A DNA stretch of 64,000 bases from Candidatus Poribacteria bacterium. GTDB lineage: Bacteria > Poribacteria > WGA-4E > WGA-3G. Numbering within the stretch: the stretch's first letter is position 1; every line of letters begins with the position of its first letter. Positions 9,185 through 19,977 of this stretch are shown piece by piece. The translations under genes were made by a program, and so were the position numbers. The notes beneath the pieces were generated by a model, which was given only the letters and a program-made list of their open reading frames with translations, was not told the origin of the DNA and ran no database searches. The stretch spans positions 160,001 to 224,000 of the forward strand of contig CBDANF010000003.1 in the NCBI GenBank assembly GCA_965197475.1, written 5' to 3'.

Positions 9185-10341
9185 TTGCGAACTGCCTTTC
9201 TGAGCAGGCAGTCTTCAAGCCCAGATAAATTTTTAACCTTGACGTTTAGATGCTCTGAAAGTTGTTCAATCGTGCATTGCCCCTGGTAAAACTTGCTAAA
9301 GGCAAGTTCCATATATCTCGGACCTAAATATGCTGTTTGCGTATTGTAATAGCCTCCTCCACCTGGAGATTCATCTCCAGTTCTTTGTTCTCTATGTGAT
9401 TCATATAATGCTGTCCATCCCTTTATTTTCTGCAGATAAATTTCATTCGTAAGAATCCCCTTATTGACTAACTTTAACAAAATGACTGGACGACTAACTT
9501 TATAAATACTTGCCAATTTTTCTACAGTATCATCATCGTAATCAGGAAACTTAAGGTGAGATTCTAAGTCATCAGATGGCACAAGAAATTCAGCAGCAAA
9601 TTGGTTACAGAATGTCTCAATTTTTTCACCTGTAGGGTTAATGTCACGGGTAATCCCGTTTTTTCCAAGTAACAGGTGTGCTAATTCATGGAACAAAGTA
9701 AAAATTTGTCGGACTGCTGGTCGACTATTATTGAGATAGATTACTGGAAACACATCATGTACAAGGCAAAATCCATCAACAGAATTATCTTTAAATGCAT
9801 CTTTAAAAATGAAAATACCTTTTTCCTGAATACATTCACGCCAATTTTCCAATGCTTCTGTGGGATTTTTCCAATTTGTTTGTTGGTCGACACTGATGTT
9901 CAGATACACTCGAGTCTGTTTTGCTAATTCCAAAGGTGAATCATTAAGCTGGGCGTGAAAGTCTCTAAAAATTTGATTTTCAGATGGATTTTTACCCAGG
10001 CTGAGTTCCATCAAGGAAAGTTGTCGTGTATAAGCTTGTCGCAATAGAATATGGATTCTCGGTTCTAATTGATCAACGTCAGAACTTCGCAGTGCAAGAT
10101 TCTCAGCAATATTTTCTTCTTCCGGAGGTTCAGGAAAAAAGAAAATAGCTACAGGACGCTTGTACTTATCAGCTAAAGTTTCAAGTTGAGCATAAGTCAG
10201 TGCCAGATTGCCAGACTCACATTCATTGATGAATGAAATATCTTTACTTAAAGTTTTGGCAGCCGCTTCCAAGGAATAACCGGAACGTTCGCGTGCCCAT
10301 TTGAGGATTTCAGGATTAATCCCATCAACATACTCAGCCAT
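9181..10341 (-). CDS. XRE HTH + ImmA/IrrE metallopeptidase fusion
   Basis: INPEILKWARERSG HTH; FTLFHELAH HExxH; E..CNQFAAEFLVP. Confidence 0.9.
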   Translation of the reverse strand: MAEYVDGINPEILKWARERSGYSLEAAAKTLSKDISFINECESGNLALTYAQLETLADKYKRPVAIFFFPEPPEEENIAENLALRSSDVDQLEPRIHILLRQAYTRQLSLMELSLGKNPSENQIFRDFHAQLNDSPLELAKQTRVYLNISVDQQTNWKNPTEALENWRECIQEKGIFIFKDAFKDNSVDGFCLVHDVFPVIYLNNSRPAVRQIFTLFHELAHLLLGKNGITRDINPTGEKIETFCNQFAAEFLVPSDDLESHLKFPDYDDDTVEKLASIYKVSRPVILLKLVNKGILTNEIYLQKIKGWTALYESHREQRTGDESPGGGGYYNTQTAYLGPRYMELAFSKFYQGQCTIEQLSEHLNVKVKNLSGLEDCLLRKAVRK

Positions 10342-10638
10342 GATAGTAGCCTCAATATGTAAGCAATTTTTTAAATGCGATCAAGAGAAATAGACTATAC
10401 TTACATAAATTGAAATAAACTTCAGTTAAATATATTATAACCTAATATATAGTTTTAATCAATTGTTTGGTACAGGGTTTTTATTGCCCACCTCCGGTTG
10501 CAAACCGAGTTTCATTGATTTTCCTTATCCTGCGATACCTGCGGATGGATTGTCCTTTCGTTTCGCGGTGCCGTGTCTGTAATCTTGGACCTCTTTTTTT
10601 GTGAACGGCACACGGCGTGTGCCTACTACTTTTAATTA

Positions 10639-11442
10639 CTATTCCCTATCTGCTGTTAACGATTTAAGTTTAGCCAATGCCTCCTGTTCCTCCGTTTGCC
10701 AGGGACGTTCTGCCGGGTTATCCAATTTCTGATGCGGACCGCTGAAGACGAGGATATATGCCCTACGCGCTTGTGCAGTGCTGTTAGGAGCAGAATAGTG
10801 TAAAGTCCGACAGTGATGGAACGTAGCACCGCCTGCTGGTATCGGACAAGCAACCGCTTCCGAGACATCCACATCATCGGTCACCAAACCGTGTACAAGC
10901 GGCTCGTCGTTGATATGACGATGCCAACGCACGTCACCTTTATGAGATTTCGGAATAAATTGCATACATCCGCTCTCAATTGTCGCTTTGTCAAGCGGAA
11001 GCCATACACTCAAACTATGCGGCAAGACTGTCGGATTCCAGTATGCCTCGTCCTGATGCCACGGCGTTTCGTTGCCGTAGTGCGCAGGCTTCAAAATCAT
11101 GTGGCCACCACCACCAACCTTTTCCATTTCTACACCGAGCAGTTTCGCAGCGAGTCTTTGTGCATTTTGGAAATAGATAGATTCGCGGAGTTCTGGAAAT
11201 TGCCCTTCTGGACCTAGTACTTGCGGTAACGTTTCTTTTCCGCTGTGCGCACGGGGACCAGCAAGATCAAAGTAGCGTCCCTGCTCTTCTCCTGTCCGTT
11301 CAGTGAAGAGTTCATCGTAAATGCCTTTGAGCCATTCGATCTCTTCATCGGTTGTGATGCGTGGAATACTCAGATATCCGTTCTCTTGAAAAAAGGCAAC
11401 CTGATCGTCGGTTACGTCAACGTGAAAGTTATTGGTTTTCAT
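10639..11442 (-). CDS. Phytanoyl-CoA dioxygenase (PhyH) family Fe/2OG oxygenase
   Basis: FFQENGY, TPWHQD, SVWLPLD..TIESGCMQFIPKSH, TLHYSAPN, RRA. Confidence 0.92.
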   Translation of the reverse strand: MKTNNFHVDVTDDQVAFFQENGYLSIPRITTDEEIEWLKGIYDELFTERTGEEQGRYFDLAGPRAHSGKETLPQVLGPEGQFPELRESIYFQNAQRLAAKLLGVEMEKVGGGGHMILKPAHYGNETPWHQDEAYWNPTVLPHSLSVWLPLDKATIESGCMQFIPKSHKGDVRWHRHINDEPLVHGLVTDDVDVSEAVACPIPAGGATFHHCRTLHYSAPNSTAQARRAYILVFSGPHQKLDNPAERPWQTEEQEALAKLKSLTADRE

Positions 11443-11446
11443 AAAA

Positions 11447-13270
11447 TCATCGAATTAAAATATCAAAAGGTAAGGCTGTGACGACTCGCTCGTTTTCAAA
11501 TAGGGTTAACCATGTTATTATCCGATGCCATTGCGTACTAAACATAGGAATTGCTGGATGCCGCTGTGCTAACTGCAAAGGTAACGGCACTGAAATTCCC
11601 GCATCCTCTTCAAGCATGCGCTCTAAGAATTGCTCAAAAAAGGGTTTCTGTTCTGGTAGCACGATGATGTCAAATCTATCTTCATCTGTAAATCCCGCTT
11701 TTTCCTTAGCGATAGACAACGCAGTATCAAGTCCTCCGATTTCATCAACGAGACCGAGTTCTTTTGCCTGTTTTCCGGTCCAGACTCGCCCCTGTGCGAC
11801 TGCATCAATTTCATCGTAAGTCTTATTCCTACCCGATGCTGCCTTATTGACAAAATTTTCATAGACCGTCTTCATCATCTTTTCAACACGTTCGCGTTCT
11901 GTCGGCGAAAAACCTCCATAGTCTGAATAGAGCGTGGCGTTTTGGCCATGCGCGATAATCTCTTTTGTCAAACCGATTTTGTTATAGAGTCCCTTCAGAT
12001 TGAGTTTTCCACCGTAGACCCCTATTGAACCAGTAAGCGTTGCGGGTTGTGCAACGATTGTTCCGGCTGCCATTGATATATAATAACCACCAGAGGCAGC
12101 CATATTTGCCATAGATACGATGACAGGTTTTTCACGTTGTGTCAGCATCACCTCTCGCCAAATCATGTCAGACGCGATCGCAGAGCCACCCGGACTATCC
12201 ACGCGTAACACGACCGCCTGAATAGCATCGTCAGAACGCGCTTTTTGAAACGCTTTCTTTAACGTTTTCGGTGTAATCATAGACATTGTGGCAAAAGGCG
12301 AGTCAAAATCGGGTAAAATGGGACCGCTTGCATAGATGAGCGCGATCTGATTATCTGCGGGACGAGCCTTTGCACGCTGTGGTGGATTAAACATACTGAA
12401 CAACTGCATCATTCCCGCAAAACTATTCATATCCGGTATTTTTCGTTTCTTTTCACCGTCTTGTGTGACAACCTGTACCTCTCCCTCTGGTGCCGCTTTG
12501 ATCGCATCCAAGAGTTCATCGTAGTATTGTAATACATCAACGAGCTTTGATTCATGTGCCTCCTTCGCAGTAAAGGGACCACGATCTATTAACTCGGCTG
12601 CAATCTCAGAGGTAATCTCCTCTCTACCCTCGGCAATTTTCTCCAACATTTGGGCATACAAGTCATCAAGCAAACCTGTCATTGACTCACGGAAGGCATC
12701 TGACATGCTGTCGCGCGTGTAAGGTTCAATACCTGATTTGAATTTTCCCATTGCGAGCATATCAGCCTCAATATCCAGTTTTTCCAAAAATCCTTTGTAG
12801 AAAAGAATTTCTGCGCGTAAACCGGTTAGATTGAGACTTCCGGTGGGCATCAGAACGATTTGATCCATCGCAGCAGCGAGGAGGTATTGGGCATTCCCCC
12901 CACTTTCAAGATAGCCGATCATCTCTTTTTCTGCATCGCGAAGTTCACCTAATTTATTTCGGACTTCTTGAAGGCTTGCCCACCCTATACCGACATTCCC
13001 GATTTTGAAGATAATAGCATCCACTTCATCATCATTTTTGAGCGCGTCCAGTTTCTTGAAAAGTCCACGCAATGTTTTCGTTGAAGCGGTGCCAAAAAAA
13101 CTTATCTCTTTAGTATCGGAAAAGGTGCCACTTAATGTGAATTCAACGTATTTTTTGATAGGTGGTGCTGCTTCTTCTTCGGATTGTTCCTGAGCGGACA
13201 GTGGTAGGACGAACAGGAGGACCATAAGCAGAAATGTTGCTGTCTGCCAGAAGTTTTGTAATGGTTTCAT
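11447..13270 (-). CDS. sppA: Signal peptide peptidase SppA (67K type)
   Basis: LRVDSPGGS, AASGGYY, TGSIGV, AQGRVWTG. Confidence 0.92.
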   Translation of the reverse strand: MKPLQNFWQTATFLLMVLLFVLPLSAQEQSEEEAAPPIKKYVEFTLSGTFSDTKEISFFGTASTKTLRGLFKKLDALKNDDEVDAIIFKIGNVGIGWASLQEVRNKLGELRDAEKEMIGYLESGGNAQYLLAAAMDQIVLMPTGSLNLTGLRAEILFYKGFLEKLDIEADMLAMGKFKSGIEPYTRDSMSDAFRESMTGLLDDLYAQMLEKIAEGREEITSEIAAELIDRGPFTAKEAHESKLVDVLQYYDELLDAIKAAPEGEVQVVTQDGEKKRKIPDMNSFAGMMQLFSMFNPPQRAKARPADNQIALIYASGPILPDFDSPFATMSMITPKTLKKAFQKARSDDAIQAVVLRVDSPGGSAIASDMIWREVMLTQREKPVIVSMANMAASGGYYISMAAGTIVAQPATLTGSIGVYGGKLNLKGLYNKIGLTKEIIAHGQNATLYSDYGGFSPTERERVEKMMKTVYENFVNKAASGRNKTYDEIDAVAQGRVWTGKQAKELGLVDEIGGLDTALSIAKEKAGFTDEDRFDIIVLPEQKPFFEQFLERMLEEDAGISVPLPLQLAQRHPAIPMFSTQWHRIITWLTLFENERVVTALPFDILIR

Positions 13271-13322
13271 TTTGTCTCCTTACGGACGGGCATGATGGCA
13301 CCGCCACTACGGTTTTTGTTTT

Positions 13323-13351
13323 ATTTTATAACAAAACGGGGATTGTGTCAA
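13323..13351 (-). promoter_or_regulatory. Sigma70-type promoter of sppA
   Basis: TTGACA-17-TAAAAT on the minus strand. Confidence 0.6.
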
Positions 13352-13429
13352 CTAAAAATGGAAGGGATTCAGGGTCTTGAGTTTTCCTATAGCGGACAGA
13401 TAATTTTTCTGAACAAGTGAAAATCGCAA

Positions 13430-14737
13430 TTAAACAGTTGACTTTCTCAAAATGAGCAAAAATTCTGACTTCATCCCATCAGGGTTCTTATTCTTCCGCA
13501 CACCGAACAGTTGCCGCGTTTTAATCCTATCTTCATAAACTTTTTCAAACCTGAAACCGCGTTCCGTCCAGTATTCTGTCAATATTCGCCACAGTTCAAC
13601 CGTTATACCATCAATACGTGGATTACCAACGAAAATACAGGCGGCTGCGTTCGGTTTCAATCGATTCATCGAATTTTCAAGTGCGTTTAGCGTATGGCAA
13701 AAATAGGAGTCAAGCCGCTTATGCAAGTCTGTACGAGTGAGTTTTTCCCTGACTTTATCCAATGTTTCGGTGTGAATTGTCCTATCTGCTTTCCGATACG
13801 GGATTTCAAGACGTGATAATGCCTTTATTTCCTCATCAGTGTGTCCTAACCAAAAGAGGTCCATCTTTGTAGAGCGGATATATTCCTGTGCTTGGAGATA
13901 GGGAGGCGATGTGATTAATGCGTCACATTCGCGTGGCACAGTAATGTAAGAGGAATCAACACCTCCCTGAAACTCAACCTGATTTTGATGATGTTGCGTG
14001 TGCATCACAAAGTCGTTAAGGCTTCTTAACGTTTTCAAAGAATGGTCGTACACTATCTCTATTAACTGCTCCTTCCAATTCTCGCTGAGCAATTCTTCTA
14101 TCGCCGCTAATTTACGCTTGGATCTGGCTAATTTTGGCGTTCTATGCTCGGTGTAAGAGAAACGTTTGCTTACCTTCAGCAGTGCCGATTTGATAATACC
14201 GGAATAGATGTCTTGTTCTATGCTGTAGATATAACCCCAGTATTGCGATAAAAACTCCAAAATTTCAGGTGCGTACCAGTATTGGACATTAGACCAAGCG
14301 GGGATAAAACGGTGCTTTTTACTTTCTTTCATGCTGTCAAGCAATTTACATAAATGGTCTTTACACAACCGTTCTTTTCCGCGGTAAACCTTCAGCGGCA
14401 TGATGTGATTCAAAAGTAGGTTGAGATCGAGTAGCACAGCATTGCGTTTGCATAGGGACGCTTCAACGCCCACAGTTCCTGAACCTGCGAACGGATCCAC
14501 AATCCAATCCCCTTCCTTTGTGTAGGTGTTGATTGCATATCTGACGACTTGGGGGATAAATTTCGCAGGATACGATACGATGGCGTGTGTCAAGTAGCCG
14601 GTATCGGAAATTTCTGGCACTAAATCCCGGAACGACACTAATTCCACCGTGTCGGATGTCGCATTCTCTTTCGGGAATCCAAATTCAGTATCTATGGGAA
14701 AAAGCGTGAATTGTTCTTCCAGATTAAGGTTTTTCAT
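13430..14737 (-). CDS. Orphan DNA methyltransferase (N4-C/N6-A class)
   Basis: YPAKFIPQ, DPFAGSGT, ITSPPY. Confidence 0.85.
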   Translation of the reverse strand: MKNLNLEEQFTLFPIDTEFGFPKENATSDTVELVSFRDLVPEISDTGYLTHAIVSYPAKFIPQVVRYAINTYTKEGDWIVDPFAGSGTVGVEASLCKRNAVLLDLNLLLNHIMPLKVYRGKERLCKDHLCKLLDSMKESKKHRFIPAWSNVQYWYAPEILEFLSQYWGYIYSIEQDIYSGIIKSALLKVSKRFSYTEHRTPKLARSKRKLAAIEELLSENWKEQLIEIVYDHSLKTLRSLNDFVMHTQHHQNQVEFQGGVDSSYITVPRECDALITSPPYLQAQEYIRSTKMDLFWLGHTDEEIKALSRLEIPYRKADRTIHTETLDKVREKLTRTDLHKRLDSYFCHTLNALENSMNRLKPNAAACIFVGNPRIDGITVELWRILTEYWTERGFRFEKVYEDRIKTRQLFGVRKNKNPDGMKSEFLLILRKSTV

Positions 14738-14791
14738 CAGCTACTTACGAGGTTATAGAGATAGTTTAACTTGCACGCTGTGTCAAAAAGG

Positions 14792-15991
14792 TTATTGCGA
14801 TTCTTCTCCCACTTCTTTCGCTCTTTCAATTTCTTCCTCAGTCAATTGGAAATCAAACACATCTTCCTCTTCTTCTGTTGCTTCCGTTTCTGTATCTGGC
14901 GGGGTAACCTGCTGCACTTCATCTGTGGGTTGCGCTGCCTCCTGAGTTTCAAGTTTTGGCGCAGTCGCACCAAGGATCGTCAATCCCACAATTGCCACAA
15001 CACAAACACTTGTCACCGTCATCGCAACCGGACGTTTCCAGAGAACTTTGCGCTCACTTCTGTCTAAGAAGGGGAGGAATAGCAGTAGCAACATGCCGAC
15101 TGTCGGAATTATAAACGTCCCAAGAATTTCAAAAGGACCTTGGAAGTATTTCAGCAGTTGAAACAGGAAAAGGAAATACCATTCGGGTCGTGGATCGTAA
15201 TTTGCGTTCGTCGGGTCAGCAACATCTTCAAGTGGAACGGGTGCGAACAACGCAGCGCAGGCGAGTATTACAAAGAGAATTAGCATGCCGACAACGTCTT
15301 CAAATACTTGGTCTGGATAGAACGGTTTTCCCGTTTTCATTTCCTCTGGTGTGTTCTTCGGTAGACCTGAGGAACCGTAGAACCTGACAAAGAAGAGGTG
15401 TACGCCAACTAAACCGAAAGCCAACCACGGCAGCCAGATTGTGTGTAATGCGTAAAACCGCGATAGCGTCACCGCGCTAACCTCAGCACCGCCACGCATA
15501 ACCTTTGCGACTACATCGCCTAACACAGGCGCAGTGCTTGAGATTTCAATCCCGACAACCGTTGCCCAATACGCTTTTTCGTCCCACGGCAGCAGATAAC
15601 CTGTAAATCCGAAACCGAGGGTAACTAAGAACAAGAGAACACCGACGACCCACGTGAGTTCACGCGGTGCCTTGTATGATCCATAAAGCACAACTCGGAG
15701 TATATGCAGAAAGACGAGAATAACCATCGCACTTGCCCCCCAGTGGTGCAAGCCTCGTACGAACTTTCCGAACGGCACCTCTTCACTGATATAAGTTACC
15801 GCATTATGGGCATGGTCTGGTGAAGGAGAATAGGATAAGGCTAAAAATGCCCCCGTAGCAGCTTGAAGCAAAAGTAAGAACATCGCCAAACTACCGAGTG
15901 AAAAAAGCAGATTGATATGTTTAGGCAGCGGTTTGCGCAGATGCGCCATCACCCCATCTAACGAGAGGCGATCGTTGAGAAATTGCTTCAT
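14792..15991 (-). CDS. petB: Cytochrome b subunit of a bc-type complex (b6 + subunit IV fused)
   Basis: RGLHHWGAS, GFTGYLLPWD, RFYALH, PFYP, PEWYFL. Confidence 0.9.
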   Translation of the reverse strand: MKQFLNDRLSLDGVMAHLRKPLPKHINLLFSLGSLAMFLLLLQAATGAFLALSYSPSPDHAHNAVTYISEEVPFGKFVRGLHHWGASAMVILVFLHILRVVLYGSYKAPRELTWVVGVLLFLVTLGFGFTGYLLPWDEKAYWATVVGIEISSTAPVLGDVVAKVMRGGAEVSAVTLSRFYALHTIWLPWLAFGLVGVHLFFVRFYGSSGLPKNTPEEMKTGKPFYPDQVFEDVVGMLILFVILACAALFAPVPLEDVADPTNANYDPRPEWYFLFLFQLLKYFQGPFEILGTFIIPTVGMLLLLFLPFLDRSERKVLWKRPVAMTVTSVCVVAIVGLTILGATAPKLETQEAAQPTDEVQQVTPPDTETEATEEEEDVFDFQLTEEEIERAKEVGEESQ

Positions 15992-16459
15992 TTACGCCTC
16001 CTTTACATATAAAACGCCAGCTTCTATTTTGACTTCGAGTTTCTGCAACGGTTCCGGTGGCGGACCAGCAACAACAGCTCCGTTCTTATCAAATACAGCA
16101 CCGTGGCACGGGCAGAGGAAAGATTCTTTACTCTCGTCCCATCGGACAAGGCAACCGAGATGTGAGCATGTCCGTGAAAAGACGTTCCACTCCCCGTTAC
16201 CCATATCCGTCACGTAGACAGAACGTTTTTTCGTGGCTTTCACCCAACCATCTTTCGCTGTAAACGTATAATTGACCTTTTTGAAGCGGCTGTTTTTGAG
16301 ACGGTCTACTAAACCCAAGTCAACCCATTGCGATTCGCCTTTTTTCCACGCAGGCGAGATCGCAAATCCGATCAATGGGATACCTGCTGCTAAACTCACT
16401 AATCCACCAATGCAGGCGGTGGCGATTTGTAAAAAAGAGCGTCTACCCTCTTCTGACAT
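15992..16459 (-). CDS. Rieske 2Fe-2S subunit
   Basis: Tat-like RRSFL; CSHLGC and CPCHG motifs; GPPP. Confidence 0.92.
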   Translation of the reverse strand: MSEEGRRSFLQIATACIGGLVSLAAGIPLIGFAISPAWKKGESQWVDLGLVDRLKNSRFKKVNYTFTAKDGWVKATKKRSVYVTDMGNGEWNVFSRTCSHLGCLVRWDESKESFLCPCHGAVFDKNGAVVAGPPPEPLQKLEVKIEAGVLYVKEA

Positions 16460-16571
16460 CCGATTTCTCCTTCGTAACAATATAAATTTTAGGTATCAAC
16501 TTAGCAATTTGTATTTTGGAGATAATTATATCACAATTCCAATATTTAAAGAAGAGATTCACAAATCAAAG

Positions 16572-17023
16572 CAGAGCCATTCAATTTTCAAAATACATAT
16601 TGTTGTATAGGTTATCATCATGTGTGGCCTGACTTTTCACGCCACACATGATGGACTTCACCTTAGAGATTAGTCTAAAATCATTTGAGGTGAAAAATGA
16701 CAAAACAAAAGTCTCGTCATCTACTTGAAATGTTAGCAGAAGTTCCTGATTCTCGTAAGTCACAAGGCAAACGTCATCCGCTCCCAGTCATTTTAGGTCT
16801 CACGGTTGTTGCAATGCTGTGTGGGTATCGCAGTTATAGTGCTGTTGAAAAGGACACGGTTGGATACAAACACGCACGCTTACTGCCAGCACCGCCCTCA
16901 CAGACTATTTGGCATGCCCGGGGCCTGCACAAGGAAATAGCATATTCACTCCGATATTTTGCCTCACTTCCAGAGGAAGCACTCAAACTCATCGGGATAG
17001 ATACCGAAAATTGAATGGCTCTG
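16572..17023 (+). mobile_element. Internally deleted ISAs1-family element
   Basis: Perfect 18-bp terminal inverted repeats cagagccattcaattttc (16572-16589 / 17006-17023); ORF 16697-17014 starts LAEVPDSRKSQGKRHPLPVILGLTVVAMLCG and has no DDE core. Confidence 0.85.
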
Positions 17024-17114
17024 CAAAAAATGTTTGATAAAGGTTTAGGTTTTAAGTATAATATTAGGGTAGGCAAGCAAACTCCATTATTTTCTATTAT
17101 TGAAGGAAACGATT

Positions 17115-17885
17115 ATGCAAAGAAAAAGCTCCAGATCTCGATACTGTATAGGTGAACTCATTGAACGTGAAGATTTTTCTGAAGATTTAGCTGCTTTCAA
17201 ATTCCGTACCGATCAACAACTCCCTTTTATCCCTGGACAATACGCTACTATCGGTTTTGAAGTTGGTGAAAAAATTGTCCAACGCCCCTATTCTATTGTC
17301 TCCTCACCGCACGAACCTTTTATGGAGGTTTTTGTGGAATTGGTGCCGGAAGGGGCAACGACACCCTTGTTTTGGGAACTGAAACTTGGGGACACTGTAT
17401 TCATCAGAGACCGACTCGTTGGGAAATTTGTGATGGACACGGAGAGCGGTATGACACACCATGTTATGGCTGGCACTGTAACAGGAGCTGCGCCGTATAT
17501 TAGCATTGCTCGTACACAGAAAATTGAGCAGGAACAGGGTAAATCGAGCCCGCACCAGATTCTTGTGATTGTCGGGGCGAGTCGTTCTTGGGAACTTGGG
17601 TATTACATGGATGAACTCAATGAGCTCGACGCACAAGAGGAGTGGTTCACCTTTGTTCCGACGGTGAGCCGCCCATGGGAAGATGCTGAATGGCAAGGTG
17701 AAAGCGGTCGTGCTGAAGATGTTATTCGGAAATATGGAGATCAGTTGGAGTATGATCACACCAACTCGGTTGTTTATGCGTGTGGACATCCGCAAATGAT
17801 TGAGAATGCGAAATCGATCTGGGCACGGGCACGCTTCCCCAAAGAAAGGATTAAAGAGGAGAAATTCTTTGTGATTAAGGAGTAG
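17115..17885 (+). CDS. fpr: Ferredoxin--NADP+ reductase-like FAD/NAD oxidoreductase
   Basis: PGQY, RPYSIVS, PTVSR, YACGHPQMI, EEKFF. Confidence 0.85.
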   Translation: MQRKSSRSRYCIGELIEREDFSEDLAAFKFRTDQQLPFIPGQYATIGFEVGEKIVQRPYSIVSSPHEPFMEVFVELVPEGATTPLFWELKLGDTVFIRDRLVGKFVMDTESGMTHHVMAGTVTGAAPYISIARTQKIEQEQGKSSPHQILVIVGASRSWELGYYMDELNELDAQEEWFTFVPTVSRPWEDAEWQGESGRAEDVIRKYGDQLEYDHTNSVVYACGHPQMIENAKSIWARARFPKERIKEEKFFVIKE

Positions 17886-17932
17886 GGTGGAAAGTTAGGT
17901 AATCTACAAATAAAGAAAGATATTATCGTAAT

Positions 17933-17980
17933 AGCGGCATAGGAGGAAAGAGTCATCTTTCACTTGTGCCGCTGTTTTCT
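17933..17980 (+). terminator. Probable intrinsic terminator
   Basis: agcggca...tgccgct stem followed by gttttct. Confidence 0.45.
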
Positions 17981-18284
17981 TAGTTAGGTGAGAAGTGTCC
18001 ATTTATCATTTGGTGTAAACGTGCGCTCAAAGATAGTAGCAAATGCCACACGATAATGTCATATACGCATTTGTTATTGATTTGGCGTATCCTATATTGA
18101 TTGGAATTACAGAAATAGCAGTGTGCCTTCAGGGCTATTTAGTTTTAAGAATATTCAGTTTGGTTGATTATAACTTTAGAAAAAGTGTATAATTGAGGCA
18201 ATTACTGCCTCCTGAAAATGCCCGCAGTTCTTTTCACCCATGAAAAAGAGGGCAAGTCCAATTTGAACGAATTAACATAAGGAG

Positions 18285-18515
18285 GTGGACAATGAAACAT
18301 CTCAAACAGCAACGCTGTATCAGGTGATGGTCTATTCGTTTATAATTTTTTGCATCCGGAGTTTTCTTCTGGTGGGTTCTATCAAGATTCGGAATGCAAC
18401 GCAGACAGAAATGGATTGCACAGAAAAGTCAAAGCCTGACTGTATACTGAAAAAACAGGAAGCACCCTGTCCAAAATCGAAATTGCCGCCCTGCACACGC
18501 GTGGCAGGGAAATAA
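18285..18515 (+). CDS. Small Cys-rich membrane-anchored hypothetical protein
   Basis: RBS aaggagg; hydrophobic segment, then four Cys in the C-terminal part. Confidence 0.4.
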   Translation: MDNETSQTATLYQVMVYSFIIFCIRSFLLVGSIKIRNATQTEMDCTEKSKPDCILKKQEAPCPKSKLPPCTRVAGK

Positions 18516-18527
18516 AGGAGTACTGAC

Positions 18528-19965
18528 ATGAAATTCTTTAGAAACAACTGGTATTGGATACTTGGTATCGTTATTGGTGTTGGTCTCTCAAGCATCATCC
18601 TTATACAACGCAACCAACAGTGGACAAGTGAAACAGGTAATGTCGTACCTGATCTCTTTACGCAGACAGAAAGTTCTGAAGTATTGTCTCCTGAAAATGG
18701 AAGTCTACGCTCACATCAAAGAATAATACGAACAAATCTGTCACCGGGAAACGAACACCACGGATACGCGCCAAAACCTCTGATATAACACCCTTTGATA
18801 TACCACATCTACTGCCCCACGCTCACAAGGAGAGAGTGCCACATTTGCCTAAGGACATTCAAGAACGTCTTGATGCACTCTACACAGGACTTCCAGAAGT
18901 AGATGCTCATTTGGACGAGAAAAGACTTGAAATTCTCGCCGGAGACAAGGATATTGAAAGTACCGTCCAATTTCTTGAGAAACATGAATACTATAACTCC
19001 GCTATCTTGAAACTTCTTGATACCACGAGAGCCTTTCAATACCTCAAATCATTGCGTGTGCATCAAAACGAAGCCACTGAATACGCAAAACAGGTACTCA
19101 TTGAAAATCCTAATAATTTGGAAGCGCGAATGCATTTAGCTTGCAGAGAAAAAGATGTTGAGGTAGGCGCGGCAGCATATCGCGCTATTCTTGAGATAGA
19201 TCCTAATTTTGTGCCTGCTATGAATGGCTTAGGGAGTCGTCTCCATTACAATCATCCGAAAGAAGCGATTCAAATCCTTAAGAAAGTGAACCAATTAGAT
19301 CCCGCGCGGGATTACTCATTAGGACTATCGTATGAAAGACTCGGGGACTACAAAACTGCTTGGGTCCACTACCGAAAAGCACTTATCCAGAATCCAGATG
19401 GGCAACTTATTTATATGCGAATGGAACATATCGCAGATGGAAACCCTGTCTATTCGCCCATTCAGCGGAACCCTCAAACTTCCGCATCTCTAAAAAAGGA
19501 AAGTGGACAAGTTCCTTCTCCTCAACGGTCTGATATAGATGCCACTGTTTCTAAAACCGAATCGTCGGAGACATCTTTGTGGAATGATGAACTGGCACCA
19601 GTGGATCCCTTAAAACCCGAGGGTCAATATAACCAAGGTGCTGCCGATGCTAAACAGGCATATCAGAAATTCCGAAAACTCGGATTTCAAGACCCTGACG
19701 AATTTCGACAATTCCTTAACTGGCTTGAACGTGTAGAAAACGATCCAAGTCATTCACAAGATTTCCTCTCCCAACAGATGAAATCACATCTCACTGGCGG
19801 AAATACCGCGCAGTTCACCCAGAACGTGTTATCCGTGCCTTTGAAACTCTTAACCGTTATGGACCCGAAGAGGGTTTCAAACGCCTACGAAAAAACGACC
19901 CCGAAGTTGCTGAACAAGTACAACGCTTGCTTACAGAAAAACGAAAACCGCAACGAAAAAAGTAA
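18528..19965 (+). CDS. Membrane-anchored TPR protein with conserved C-terminal motif; two frameshifts (about 18720 and 19819)
   Basis: RBS aaggag; N-terminal TM; TPRs in ORF 18836; alternate frame ends PERVIRAFETLNRYGPEEGFKRLRKNDPEVAEQVQRLL...KK*. Confidence 0.7.
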
Positions 19966-19977
19966 AGGAGAATATTT

